64,000 nucleotides of DNA, taken from positions 32,001 to 96,000 of the forward strand of contig CAWHOE010000035.1 of assembly GCA_963830915.1 (NCBI GenBank). Direction: 5' to 3'. Source of the DNA: a candidate division FCPU426 bacterium. Its GTDB lineage: Bacteria; Oederibacteriota; Muellerivitia; Muellerivitales; Muellerivitaceae. Below, in pieces: positions 12,151-20,694 of the stretch. The notes under the pieces are model-generated. The model did not search any database, was not told where the DNA came from, and saw nothing but the letters and a program-made list of their open reading frames with translations. How positions within the stretch are numbered: the first letter of the stretch is position 1; each line of letters opens with the position of its first letter. Both the position numbers and the translations under genes were made by a program.

Positions 12151-12849
12151 TTATTTTCCGAAATACTTTCGTTTCGATACTTGCCGGAGCTTGTCGTTCT
12201 TTTTCAAAACCATTATCCATTGAAACAGGGCTTTTTTTAAGTCCTTTATCGACCCATTGTTATGGACCACCCATTCGGCCATTCTGTTTTTTCGATCCTG
12301 GGACCATTGGTAGTGTTCCCTTTTGGCCAATTCCAGGCCATTCCAACCTCTTTTGAAAATCCGTTTTAAACGCAGGGACCGGCGGGCAGAAACACTGATA
12401 ACACCATCGAATTTGCGGTAGTAACCAGCCTCAAAGATCAGTGGAACTTCCACGATCAGAACAAATGGCGGCTTCTTCTTTTGGCTTTGGTCCCTGACCC
12501 AAGCTTCCACACGCTCTTGGATCGCGGGGTGAAGAAGGCGGTTAAGTCTTGTTTGACTTTTCTTGTCTTGAAAGGCCAGATGCGCTAATGCCCGGCGGTC
12601 GATCTTTCCATCCAGGTCCAGGATGGTCTTTCCGAAAGCCTTGACCAGGGATCTTATGACATCCCGATCCTCTAAAAGTTCATGGCCGATCAAATCGGTT
12701 TGAATGGCCGGGATATTCATTCGATTGAAGATCCCCGCCACTTCGCTTTTCCCAGAACCGATCCCCCCGGTCAATCCAATGACCAAAGGATGGAAACGGC
12801 GCGCGGTCCATCGTAGCTTTGCGATCTTTCGTGAGCGAATGGTTGTCAA
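12151..12849 (-). CDS. coaE: dephospho-CoA kinase
   Basis: IGLTGGIGSGKS, IDRRALA, LLHPAI, VEVPLIFE. Confidence 0.95.
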   Translation of the reverse strand: MTTIRSRKIAKLRWTARRFHPLVIGLTGGIGSGKSEVAGIFNRMNIPAIQTDLIGHELLEDRDVIRSLVKAFGKTILDLDGKIDRRALAHLAFQDKKSQTRLNRLLHPAIQERVEAWVRDQSQKKKPPFVLIVEVPLIFEAGYYRKFDGVISVSARRSLRLKRIFKRGWNGLELAKREHYQWSQDRKNRMAEWVVHNNGSIKDLKKALFQWIMVLKKNDKLRQVSKRKYFGK

Positions 12850-13701
12850 TTACGATCCAGTTTGCGCCGAAAAAGCGTTCCAAGTATTTTGCATCAACAT
12901 GGCGATGGTCATCAAACCCACGCCCCCCGGCACAGGGGATATGGCGGCAACCTTTTCCGATACCGGACCAAAATCAACATCCCCGCAAAGCTTTTCTCCC
13001 GCTGGGCGGTTGGTACCTACATCGATGACGACCGCGCTCGGTTGGACCATGTCCGCTGTAATGAATCGCGCTTTACCGATAGCGGCCACCAGGATCTCGG
13101 CCCGGCGTATCTCTCCCGCCAGATCCGCCGTCTTACTGTGACACATGGTCACCGTAGCGTTCTCGGCCAGGAGCATCTGGGCCATCGGTTTCCCGACCAT
13201 ATTACTGCGTCCCACAACCACCGCCCTTTTTCCAGAGACGGGTATTTGATAGTAATGCAGCATCTCCATCACCCCATAGGGCGTGCAAGACTTAGGGCCG
13301 GCCATGCCCGCCACCAGCCGGCCTAGATTGTCCGGATGAAGCCCATCCACATCCTTTCTTGGGTCGATGGCAAGAAGGACCTTCTGGGAATCAAAACCTT
13401 TGGGTAATGGAAGTTGGACCAACATTCCATGGATCTTTGGGTCCGCGTTGAGCTGATGGACCAGGTCCAACAGGACCTCTTGGGGTGTATTGGCCGCTAG
13501 ACGATGGACGACGGAATGGAACCCGATCTCCAGGCAGGCCTTTTCCTTGTTCCCAACATAAATAACCGAACCCGGGTCCTCTCCCACCAGGACAACGGCT
13601 AAACCCGGGCGAGGTCCGCCCGCGGGAAGGGCCGCCACCAGGCTCTTCAAACGCTCCTTCACCGCCGAAGCGACCACTTTACCATCCAGGATTTTCGCCA
13701 T
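12850..13701 (-). CDS. folD: methylenetetrahydrofolate dehydrogenase/cyclohydrolase
   Basis: ILDGK, LVQLPLP, KDVDGLHP, GRSNMVGKP, PVPGGVG. Confidence 0.98.
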   Translation of the reverse strand: MAKILDGKVVASAVKERLKSLVAALPAGGPRPGLAVVLVGEDPGSVIYVGNKEKACLEIGFHSVVHRLAANTPQEVLLDLVHQLNADPKIHGMLVQLPLPKGFDSQKVLLAIDPRKDVDGLHPDNLGRLVAGMAGPKSCTPYGVMEMLHYYQIPVSGKRAVVVGRSNMVGKPMAQMLLAENATVTMCHSKTADLAGEIRRAEILVAAIGKARFITADMVQPSAVVIDVGTNRPAGEKLCGDVDFGPVSEKVAAISPVPGGVGLMTIAMLMQNTWNAFSAQTGS

Positions 13702-13861
13702 AACTTCCTCCCCATCAGATCATTTTTAGGCTAGATGCGGTCATTCTAACCGTCTTAAATCTTGAATGCCAATGACTTCATGGAAAAATCAGGGGAATTA
13801 CCGGTCCATGGCTGGGGAAAAAAATAAAAGAATTCCAGATCGGGAGAGACTTGGATCTTAT

Positions 13862-14413
13862 TTACTTAGAGGTCATCAGTACCAGGGATTCAACAGAGCG
13901 TTGTATCTCGGAAAGGTCGAACGGTTTCAAAACAACCGTCAAGGGTCCTAATTTCATGGCCTCGACCAGCAGTTCACTGTCGGGATAAGCCGTCACAATG
14001 ACCACCATGGACCTTAAGTTCAATTTTTTGATCTCTTTGAAAACCTCGACCCCATTCATGCCTGGCATTTTCAGGTCAAGAAAAATGAAATCGTAGGCTG
14101 TTTTTGAGGCGGCCTCTAGAGCTTCCGCGCCCGTATGGGCCATCTCCACGAGGAATTTTTTCTTATCCAAGGCTTTTGAAAAGAGATCGCAGATGACGGT
14201 TTCGTCATCAACGACCAAAACCTTTCGGGGAGCCAACCCCGCGCCTTTTTCCAACCAGCGGTCAATGAGGTCTTTCTTGAAACGCCACTCGCTTCCGATC
14301 TTGAAGGAAGGGATATCTCCCTGCTGGGCAAGTTTATAGATAGTGGTGGTGGTGATCTTAAGGTAGGCCGAAAGTTCCTGGGCCGTCATGATTTCATTCA
14401 TACCAATTCGCAC
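13862..14413 (-). CDS. excisionase/MerR-like HTH fused to a response-regulator receiver domain
   Basis: MTAQELSAYLKI...IYKLAQQGDIPSFKIGSEWRF (HTH_17-like); then VLVVDDE, FLDLKMPGMNG, VTAY, KPF. Confidence 0.88.
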   Translation of the reverse strand: MRIGMNEIMTAQELSAYLKITTTTIYKLAQQGDIPSFKIGSEWRFKKDLIDRWLEKGAGLAPRKVLVVDDETVICDLFSKALDKKKFLVEMAHTGAEALEAASKTAYDFIFLDLKMPGMNGVEVFKEIKKLNLRSMVVIVTAYPDSELLVEAMKLGPLTVVLKPFDLSEIQRSVESLVLMTSK

Positions 14414-14728
14414 CTAGTGGAATAATTTTTCGTAATAACGTGACTCATATGACTTGTAAGTAATTATAGCTCAATAAAATTCATTCAATCCCAATTCTTT
14501 ACTTGTTCCGCAATTTTCGAGGATAAGTATTAACGACAAATATTTGCCTCGGTAAATTTGAGGTGATGAATTTCGTGGAAGGACTTTGATTCACGCTGTT
14601 TTAGACGGTTTCTTTGATAGCCACTTTTCTTAAGGAAAAACAGTGACTAAGACTCCAAAGGTAACTGGAATCGTTATCCGCAGGATGGATGGATCGAGTG
14701 CCAAGACCCCAAGAACACCTATCAGGGT

Positions 14729-15052
14729 TTAGGTGTTTTTGATCACCGTTTCGATATAAGAGCGTTCGACCTCGATCTTGTTGTTCTCATTGACCTTCAC
14801 GATCAAGATGTTTTCCTTGATATCCGCTACAGTCCCGTAGATTCCCCCGCGGGTTAGAACACGGTCACCACGCTGGATGTTATTGAGCAATTCCTCTTTC
14901 TTCTTACGTTCCTTGTTCTGGGGATAGATCATCAAGAAATAGAACAAGACCATGATGAGTATGATGGGCATGAAGGAAACCAATGCGGCCATTTGGGATG
15001 ACGGTCCCGCCGCCGTAGCGGTTGCCGTTGTTTGCGCGTAAGCCATATCCAT
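14729..15052 (-). CDS. yajC: preprotein translocase subunit YajC
   Basis: FYFLMIYPQNKERKK, GDRVLTRGGIYGTV. Confidence 0.93.
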   Translation of the reverse strand: MDMAYAQTTATATAAGPSSQMAALVSFMPIILIMVLFYFLMIYPQNKERKKKEELLNNIQRGDRVLTRGGIYGTVADIKENILIVKVNENNKIEVERSYIETVIKNT

Positions 15053-15190
15053 GATCAATTACCTCTTTTATTGGAATAATACGAACCACCATCACACATC
15101 GCAAGACCGATGGAACGCGAGTATGAAACCAAATATCGCCCGGAATTTCCAGGTCAATCTTTAGTTTTTACGCCTTAATACATCGCTTCT

Positions 15191-16000
15191 TCAATGTTCT
15201 CCCAGCACCCCATAGCGGATCTGGACCATCTTGTCATGCCGGTCGAACAAGGTCTCGGTTAGATCGTCAAAATTCAGGGGATGAGGTCTTTTGTATTTCA
15301 AAACCTTCAAACCATCCCTGTCCCCCATCCCGTCATAACTCAAATAAGGATTCAAGAAAGCGGAACGCACGTCAGAACTAGAGGATGAAAAGCTGATCCC
15401 TTCCGGGGTTTGAACCTGGAAATCCCCGTCTTTTTGGGGCGCCGTAATGGAAAGTATTCCCCGATCCTTGTTCTCATATTTCAAGAAACTCAAGTTGAGA
15501 TATTCGTAATGGTATCTGGCATAACCGGACGGGCTTCTGGCCTCGACTTTTTTGGTCATCTTCCACTCATGGTCTTTGCCGATGTCCGGGATGGTGTTGA
15601 TGGCGTAAGGAGCGCCCATGTACCAGATCTCGCCATTCAGCACATCAAGGATCAAGAGATCCTTTCGGTCCTTGTTTTCTTTGGCCAAAGTCTGGGCCTT
15701 TTTGGTCTCGTCCGCCAAAAGTTGTTCCGTTTCCATTTTCACAGTTTCATCGGTCTTTTTGACCACAGGCGTCGGCAACACGGTCATTTGGGCTTTCATC
15801 CCCTTCATTTCTAATTCCAATTTCTCGTTCTCAAGTTTCATTCTTTCTATCTCAAGCTTCTGCTTCTCGATCTCAATTTGGGTAAGGGTCGTTACGGCGT
15901 CGGCTGACGCATTAGGGGTTGGCGTCTCTTGGGCCAGGGTCGCTTTCGGCATCAGGGTCCAAATAACCAACATCAAGACCATCATAATGTTCAACTTCAT
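15191..16000 (-). CDS. hypothetical exported protein with N-terminal coiled coil
   Basis: Signal peptide (..ATLA|QETPTP), heptad EK-rich segment; SD AGAGG; no family recognised. Confidence 0.7.
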   Translation of the reverse strand: MKLNIMMVLMLVIWTLMPKATLAQETPTPNASADAVTTLTQIEIEKQKLEIERMKLENEKLELEMKGMKAQMTVLPTPVVKKTDETVKMETEQLLADETKKAQTLAKENKDRKDLLILDVLNGEIWYMGAPYAINTIPDIGKDHEWKMTKKVEARSPSGYARYHYEYLNLSFLKYENKDRGILSITAPQKDGDFQVQTPEGISFSSSSSDVRSAFLNPYLSYDGMGDRDGLKVLKYKRPHPLNFDDLTETLFDRHDKMVQIRYGVLGEH

Positions 16001-16055
16001 GCTTTACCTCTTGGCCGGGTTCATTCCGGGATTCTCGTTATTTTTCCTCAAAAAC

Positions 16056-16091
16056 AAAAAAACCCCGCCCTTTTTCAAGGGCGGGGTTTTT
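16056..16091. terminator. bidirectional-type intrinsic terminator after the OMP gene
   Basis: A7-CCCCGCCCTT-tttc-AAGGGCGGGG-T5. Confidence 0.88.
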
Positions 16092-16102
16092 AGGCAAACT
16101 AA

Positions 16103-17443
16103 TTAAAACTTGTATTTCAGATCGGCCTCAGTGATCGACAAGATGCTTCCGTTGTCGATGCTGTTGTAGTTGTCATACAGAATCCCGCCTAAGCTCGGGT
16201 TGCTGATCAACTGCTCCAGCGAGTAAACGCTGACTTGGGCATCCAGTGTCCAGTTCTCGACATTGATACCAAAGCCGGTGCTAAAGGTCGAATAAGTTCC
16301 GTTTTTGCTGTAAGGGTCATTATTCCCGTAAGCGCCAGGCTGACCCTTCGTGACATCATAGTCACGATCGAAAATCGGTTTGAAGATACCAGCTCTCCAG
16401 GTCAACCACCCGGTCAACTGGCTTTCCACGCTGGCATTCCACAAAACCATCCAGCTGTTGCCTTCATATTCAGCGGTTGGCGTATAAGAATCATCGGTCA
16501 CTTTGTAGCCGTCATAAACTAACATCAGGCCACTGGCGACAACACCCTTACCACCGCTGATCTTGTGATTGATACCAGCTCCCAAATCCACCGTGAACTG
16601 ATTGGATTGATAGTGGGTCGTCGGATTACCCGTTTGGATGTCCTTCGTATTCCACTGGTCATTCCTCACATCACCCGTGACACGAACCGAGTTATCGGCG
16701 TCAACATCGTTGACCAACAAGGCTCCTACCGCGAGGGAATAGATACCATCACCCATCGCTGATTCGCCGCCCTGTATACCCGTGTCAAAGGAACCCATCT
16801 GGTAGCTCAGGTGGAAATTCGCCTGGCTGAAAGGTCCCAAATTAGCCGTTCCCAAACCAAGGTTAATACCCAAGTCTTGGGAATAGTTGTTCACGAGCGC
16901 GCCATACTCTTGGTTATCGGCGTAGTTGATCATAGCCCCAAGGTCCATACCGCTGAAGGACTTCGCCCAGAAAGCGTCAACCTTGTTTTGCGGTGTGTTC
17001 GGGTAATAATTGGCGTTGTTAGGCATATTTCCCGACCATTGCCCAGCAGGCGACCACCCGCCACCATAAGGCATGTAACGGTTATACCAATCCGCTGGCT
17101 TCTCAGACTCATTATGGTTATACATGTCCTCAAAATATGTTTGAGTGTAATAGGGCCTATTGGCATAGGCGCCGATGACTCCGACATCGCCCATGTCTTT
17201 CAAAACCCCACCCCACTCGGCGTAACCTTGGCCCCACCCGTCGTTGTACTCGGTGTCATTCAGACGGAAATCCACCGTATCCTTGTACTCCAAAGCCTTG
17301 TTCGGATACAGCCAGATCAAGTCCATATCCTCGACAAAACGAGGATCCTGGCTCATGGAATCCAAACGGGCATCGGCGTTAGCTTTCACCGCCAAGCCCA
17401 GGGCCATGAGACCCATCATCAAAAGCAATAGACCTTTCTTCAT
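16103..17443 (-). CDS. putative major outer-membrane beta-barrel protein (porin-like)
   Basis: Signal peptide ending ANA; Gly/Asn/Asp/Tyr-rich alternating strands; C-terminal beta-signal DLKYKF; strong SD, own promoter and terminator. Confidence 0.8.
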   Translation of the reverse strand: MKKGLLLLMMGLMALGLAVKANADARLDSMSQDPRFVEDMDLIWLYPNKALEYKDTVDFRLNDTEYNDGWGQGYAEWGGVLKDMGDVGVIGAYANRPYYTQTYFEDMYNHNESEKPADWYNRYMPYGGGWSPAGQWSGNMPNNANYYPNTPQNKVDAFWAKSFSGMDLGAMINYADNQEYGALVNNYSQDLGINLGLGTANLGPFSQANFHLSYQMGSFDTGIQGGESAMGDGIYSLAVGALLVNDVDADNSVRVTGDVRNDQWNTKDIQTGNPTTHYQSNQFTVDLGAGINHKISGGKGVVASGLMLVYDGYKVTDDSYTPTAEYEGNSWMVLWNASVESQLTGWLTWRAGIFKPIFDRDYDVTKGQPGAYGNNDPYSKNGTYSTFSTGFGINVENWTLDAQVSVYSLEQLISNPSLGGILYDNYNSIDNGSILSITEADLKYKF

Positions 17444-17461
17444 GCTCTCTCTCCTTCAAGT

Positions 17462-17542
17462 TTTATCGGGTTTGTACTCCTTAGGGAAGAGTACCGACCC
17501 GTTTATCGGGCTTGCACTCCTCAGGGAAGAGTGCCATGCCCG
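17462..17542 (-). repeat. two tandem 40/41-nt hairpin repeats in the OMP 5' UTR (candidate cis-regulatory RNA)
   Basis: CGGGCatgGCACTCTTccctgAGGAGTGCaaGCCCGataaa and CGGGTcgGTACTCTTccctaAGGAGTACaaACCCGataaa, with compensatory changes. Confidence 0.8.
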
Positions 17543-17714
17543 TACTACCTACTGAACCCTCAGCCTCGTGGGCCGAAAACCGCTAAAGAACCATTCCACA
17601 AGGGCCTTTCAACCAGGCCCATGACTTAGAGCCACCGGTTTATCAGCCCAACCTTATTTCGATCAGTCTAAAGAAACCGACTGACAACAAAGCCGAACTA
17701 GAACAACAGGCCAA

Positions 17715-17743
17715 AATATAAGGGGTATGGGGGGGGCTGTCAA
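17715..17743 (-). promoter_or_regulatory. near-consensus sigma70 promoter of the OMP gene with C8 tract in the spacer
   Basis: TTGACA-N17-TATATT; G8 on the + strand at 17729-17736. Confidence 0.8.
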
Positions 17744-17871
17744 GACGAAAAAAACCAAACCATTTAAAACACCGCAATATGCTGTGTTTTTTTTGGTTTA
17801 AATGTCTAATCATGGTGCTTTATATAAATATGCTTAATTTATAAGGATTTATTCCAAGTATAAAAAAGGGT

Positions 17872-19722
17872 TTATTCAACCGTAACAGACTTGGCCAAAT
17901 TTCTTGGCTGGTCGATTTCCCTGCCCTTCAATTTGGCGATGTAATAGGCCAGAAGTTGGAGGGGCAAAATGGAGAGGATGGGGGAGAAATCCTCTGATAT
18001 TTCCGGTATTTCCAGTACATCATCGGCTCTTTTTTTAAGGGTTTTATCCCCCTTTTCGATCAAAGCGATCAGTTTTCCCGACCTGGCCTTGACCTCCTCC
18101 ACGTTATTCAGGATCTTCTCATAGACGCAAGAGGACCTTAAGGCAATAGCCACTACCGGCATCTTGGGGTCGATCAAAGCGATCGGACCATGCTTCATTT
18201 CCCCGCCCGGGTATCCTTCGGCGTGAATATAAGAGATTTCTTTGAGCTTCAAGGCCCCTTCCAGGGCAATGGGGTATTGGATACCCCGCCCAATGTACAG
18301 GAAGTTGAAGTAGGAAGCATACTTTTTGGCCACCTTCTCATAGGCCGCGCTTTGCTTTAAGACCAATGCGGCCATGGCCGGCACCCGGGAAAGCTCCTTG
18401 GCCTTCTTTTTCAACTCAGAAAGGGGCATGCTCTTACGAACCCTGGCTAAAAAGAGGACCATAAGCCAAAGAGCGCCCAGTTGGGTCGTAAAGGCCTTGG
18501 TAGAAGCCACACCAATTTCCGGTCCCGCCCTGGTCAAAAGCACGCCATCCGCTTCCCTGGTCGCCGAGCTTCCCATCACGTTACAAATAGTGACTACCTT
18601 GGCCCCCTTGGCCTTGGCTTCCCTTAAAGCCACCAGGGTGTCGACCGTTTCCCCACTTTGGGTAATGACGATCACCAAACTGTCCTTGCCGATGACCGGG
18701 TTGCGGTAACGGAACTCGGAAGCGTTGTCCACTTCCACAGGCACTCGCAGGTATTTCTCAAAAATGAATTTACCAACCAGCCCGGCAAAATAAGAAGTGC
18801 CCATAGCCAGTATGGTTACTTTTTTAAACCCACGAAGGGCGGATGAAGACCAGAAACTTCCCTCTAGAAAAACTTCTCCTGTTCTCGGGTCTAACCGGCT
18901 TGTGAAGGTATCTTCCAGGGCTCTTGGCTGTTCCATGATCTCTTTGAGCATGAAGTGCGGGTATCCGGTCTTCTCGGCTTGCTCAGCGTTCCATTGGATT
19001 CGGGATACCTTTTTCGTGACCGGCTTGCCATTCAGGATGTTGATGACCTTGGTGCCGGAAGGCGTTATCTCGACCATCTCGTTGTCTTCCAGATAATAAA
19101 CCCGCTTGGTATGGGCTAACAAGGCCGGCACATCCGAAGCCAGGAAGTTTTCCTTTTCGCCCAACCCCACCACCAGTCCCCCACCACCAGACCGGGCGCC
19201 GATGAGGGTTTCTTTTTCTCCCTCGTAGACCGCAACCACCGAATAGGTGCCTTTGATCTGGGTCAGGGCCCAACGCACCGCCTGGTTCCAGGAACGTTTC
19301 TTCAAACTCTCCTCGATCAAATGGGCCAGGACTTCGGAGTCGGTCTGGGACTTGAACCTGTGCCCCTTGGCTTGAAGCTGTTTTTTAAGGATTTGATAAT
19401 TTTCGATGATGCCATTGTGGACGACCCCGATCTTTCCACTGCAATCGGTATGGGGGTGGGCGTTGGTGTCGGTCGGATGGCCATGGGTGGCCCAACGGGT
19501 ATGACCGATTCCCGCCGTAATGGAGCTTGTTACATGGGCTTTTCGAACGGCTATGACCAAATTGCCGATCTTCCCGGCTTTTTTGATGATCTCCAGGTGG
19601 TCCTGGAGTGTCAAAAGGGCAAGTCCGGCCGAATCATAACCCCGGTATTCCAGCTTGGCCAACCCATTCAACAAAATGGGGGCGGCTGGTTTAAAACCGG
19701 TATATCCGACGATCCCGCACAT
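17872..19722 (-). CDS. glmS: glutamine-fructose-6-phosphate aminotransferase
   Basis: MCGIVG, EYRGYDSAG, GHTRWATHG, QPRNLAKSVTVE. Confidence 0.99.
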   Translation of the reverse strand: MCGIVGYTGFKPAAPILLNGLAKLEYRGYDSAGLALLTLQDHLEIIKKAGKIGNLVIAVRKAHVTSSITAGIGHTRWATHGHPTDTNAHPHTDCSGKIGVVHNGIIENYQILKKQLQAKGHRFKSQTDSEVLAHLIEESLKKRSWNQAVRWALTQIKGTYSVVAVYEGEKETLIGARSGGGGLVVGLGEKENFLASDVPALLAHTKRVYYLEDNEMVEITPSGTKVINILNGKPVTKKVSRIQWNAEQAEKTGYPHFMLKEIMEQPRALEDTFTSRLDPRTGEVFLEGSFWSSSALRGFKKVTILAMGTSYFAGLVGKFIFEKYLRVPVEVDNASEFRYRNPVIGKDSLVIVITQSGETVDTLVALREAKAKGAKVVTICNVMGSSATREADGVLLTRAGPEIGVASTKAFTTQLGALWLMVLFLARVRKSMPLSELKKKAKELSRVPAMAALVLKQSAAYEKVAKKYASYFNFLYIGRGIQYPIALEGALKLKEISYIHAEGYPGGEMKHGPIALIDPKMPVVAIALRSSCVYEKILNNVEEVKARSGKLIALIEKGDKTLKKRADDVLEIPEISEDFSPILSILPLQLLAYYIAKLKGREIDQPRNLAKSVTVE

Positions 19723-19845
19723 AAAAGTCCTTACATGGTTTCGTTCATGGGCCCTGTGTATTTAAAAACAGGGCTTCATCAACAACTCCCGCATCTTAAC
19801 ACGCGCTACCCAACAGGAACAATTCAGGGGACAGGATATATTTTC

Positions 19846-20694
19846 TTATTCTTTAAACCCTTGGACATCGCTCAAAGCCTTGGAAAGCTCGATGAGTTTT
19901 TCCAAACCCAAGGTCTCCCCCCGGACCATAGGGTCGAGACCCGTTTTCCTCAAAGCTTCCCCAATGATATCGGGCTTTTGGCCCAAAGATTTCAGGGAGT
20001 TGGTGATGACTTTCCGGCGGGTCTGAAAGATGGCCCGGATCAGGGCAAAAAGCCTTTTCTCCCCAGCCCCGTTCAAGGGAAGTTCCGGTTTCAGGACCAG
20101 TTCGATGAAAGCCGAATCCACCTTAGGGGCCGGCTTGAAACAATGGGCCGGAACATCCAGGCATTTTCGGACCGTTGAATAATACTGGGCGCAAAGGGTC
20201 AGGGCGCCATAAGCCTTGGTCCCAGGATGGGCGACCATTCTATCCGCCACCTCCTTCTGGACCATCAGGTACACATTACGCACGATTCCGTGGTACTGGA
20301 TGAGGATCTTGGTGATCAGGGGAGTCGTCAGATAGTAGGGAATGTTCCCCGCCACGGTCAGCTTTGCCGGAGGGGGCGGAGCGGTCGTGGCCAAGTCGAA
20401 CTTGAGGATGTCCTCTTTGACCAGCCGCATTCCCGGCCTGGTCCCATATTTGCGTTCCAGCATGGCGAATAGCTTGTGGTCGATCTCCACGACCGTCAGG
20501 GGATGGCCTTTTTGGACCAACTTCTCGGTCAATACTCCGTATCCCCCGCCCACTTCCAGGAGGATATCTCCCGGAGGACATTGGATGACCGCGGCGATCT
20601 TATCAAGTATCTTTCCATCGGTCAGGAAGTTCTGCCCCGCGGATTTGCGGGGGCGGTAGGAGAATTCCTGGAACAGGGCCGAGATCTGGTCCAT
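19846..20694 (-). CDS. rsmA: 16S rRNA dimethyltransferase
   Basis: GQNFL, LEVGGGYG, NIPYYLT, MVQKEVADR, PKVDSA. Confidence 0.96.
   Translation of the reverse strand: MDQISALFQEFSYRPRKSAGQNFLTDGKILDKIAAVIQCPPGDILLEVGGGYGVLTEKLVQKGHPLTVVEIDHKLFAMLERKYGTRPGMRLVKEDILKFDLATTAPPPPAKLTVAGNIPYYLTTPLITKILIQYHGIVRNVYLMVQKEVADRMVAHPGTKAYGALTLCAQYYSTVRKCLDVPAHCFKPAPKVDSAFIELVLKPELPLNGAGEKRLFALIRAIFQTRRKVITNSLKSLGQKPDIIGEALRKTGLDPMVRGETLGLEKLIELSKALSDVQGFKE

Noticed and set aside
13862..14413. Prophage excisionase
   Set aside because: The HTH is fused to a receiver domain, and no integrase or phage genes are nearby.
19723..19845. glmS ribozyme upstream of glmS
   Set aside because: AGCGCG...GTTGATGAAG only loosely resembles the AGCGCC...GACGAGG core, and the downstream conserved elements are missing. 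Only a GCCCTGT/ACAGGGC hairpin is evident. A cmsearch with the glmS model would settle it.
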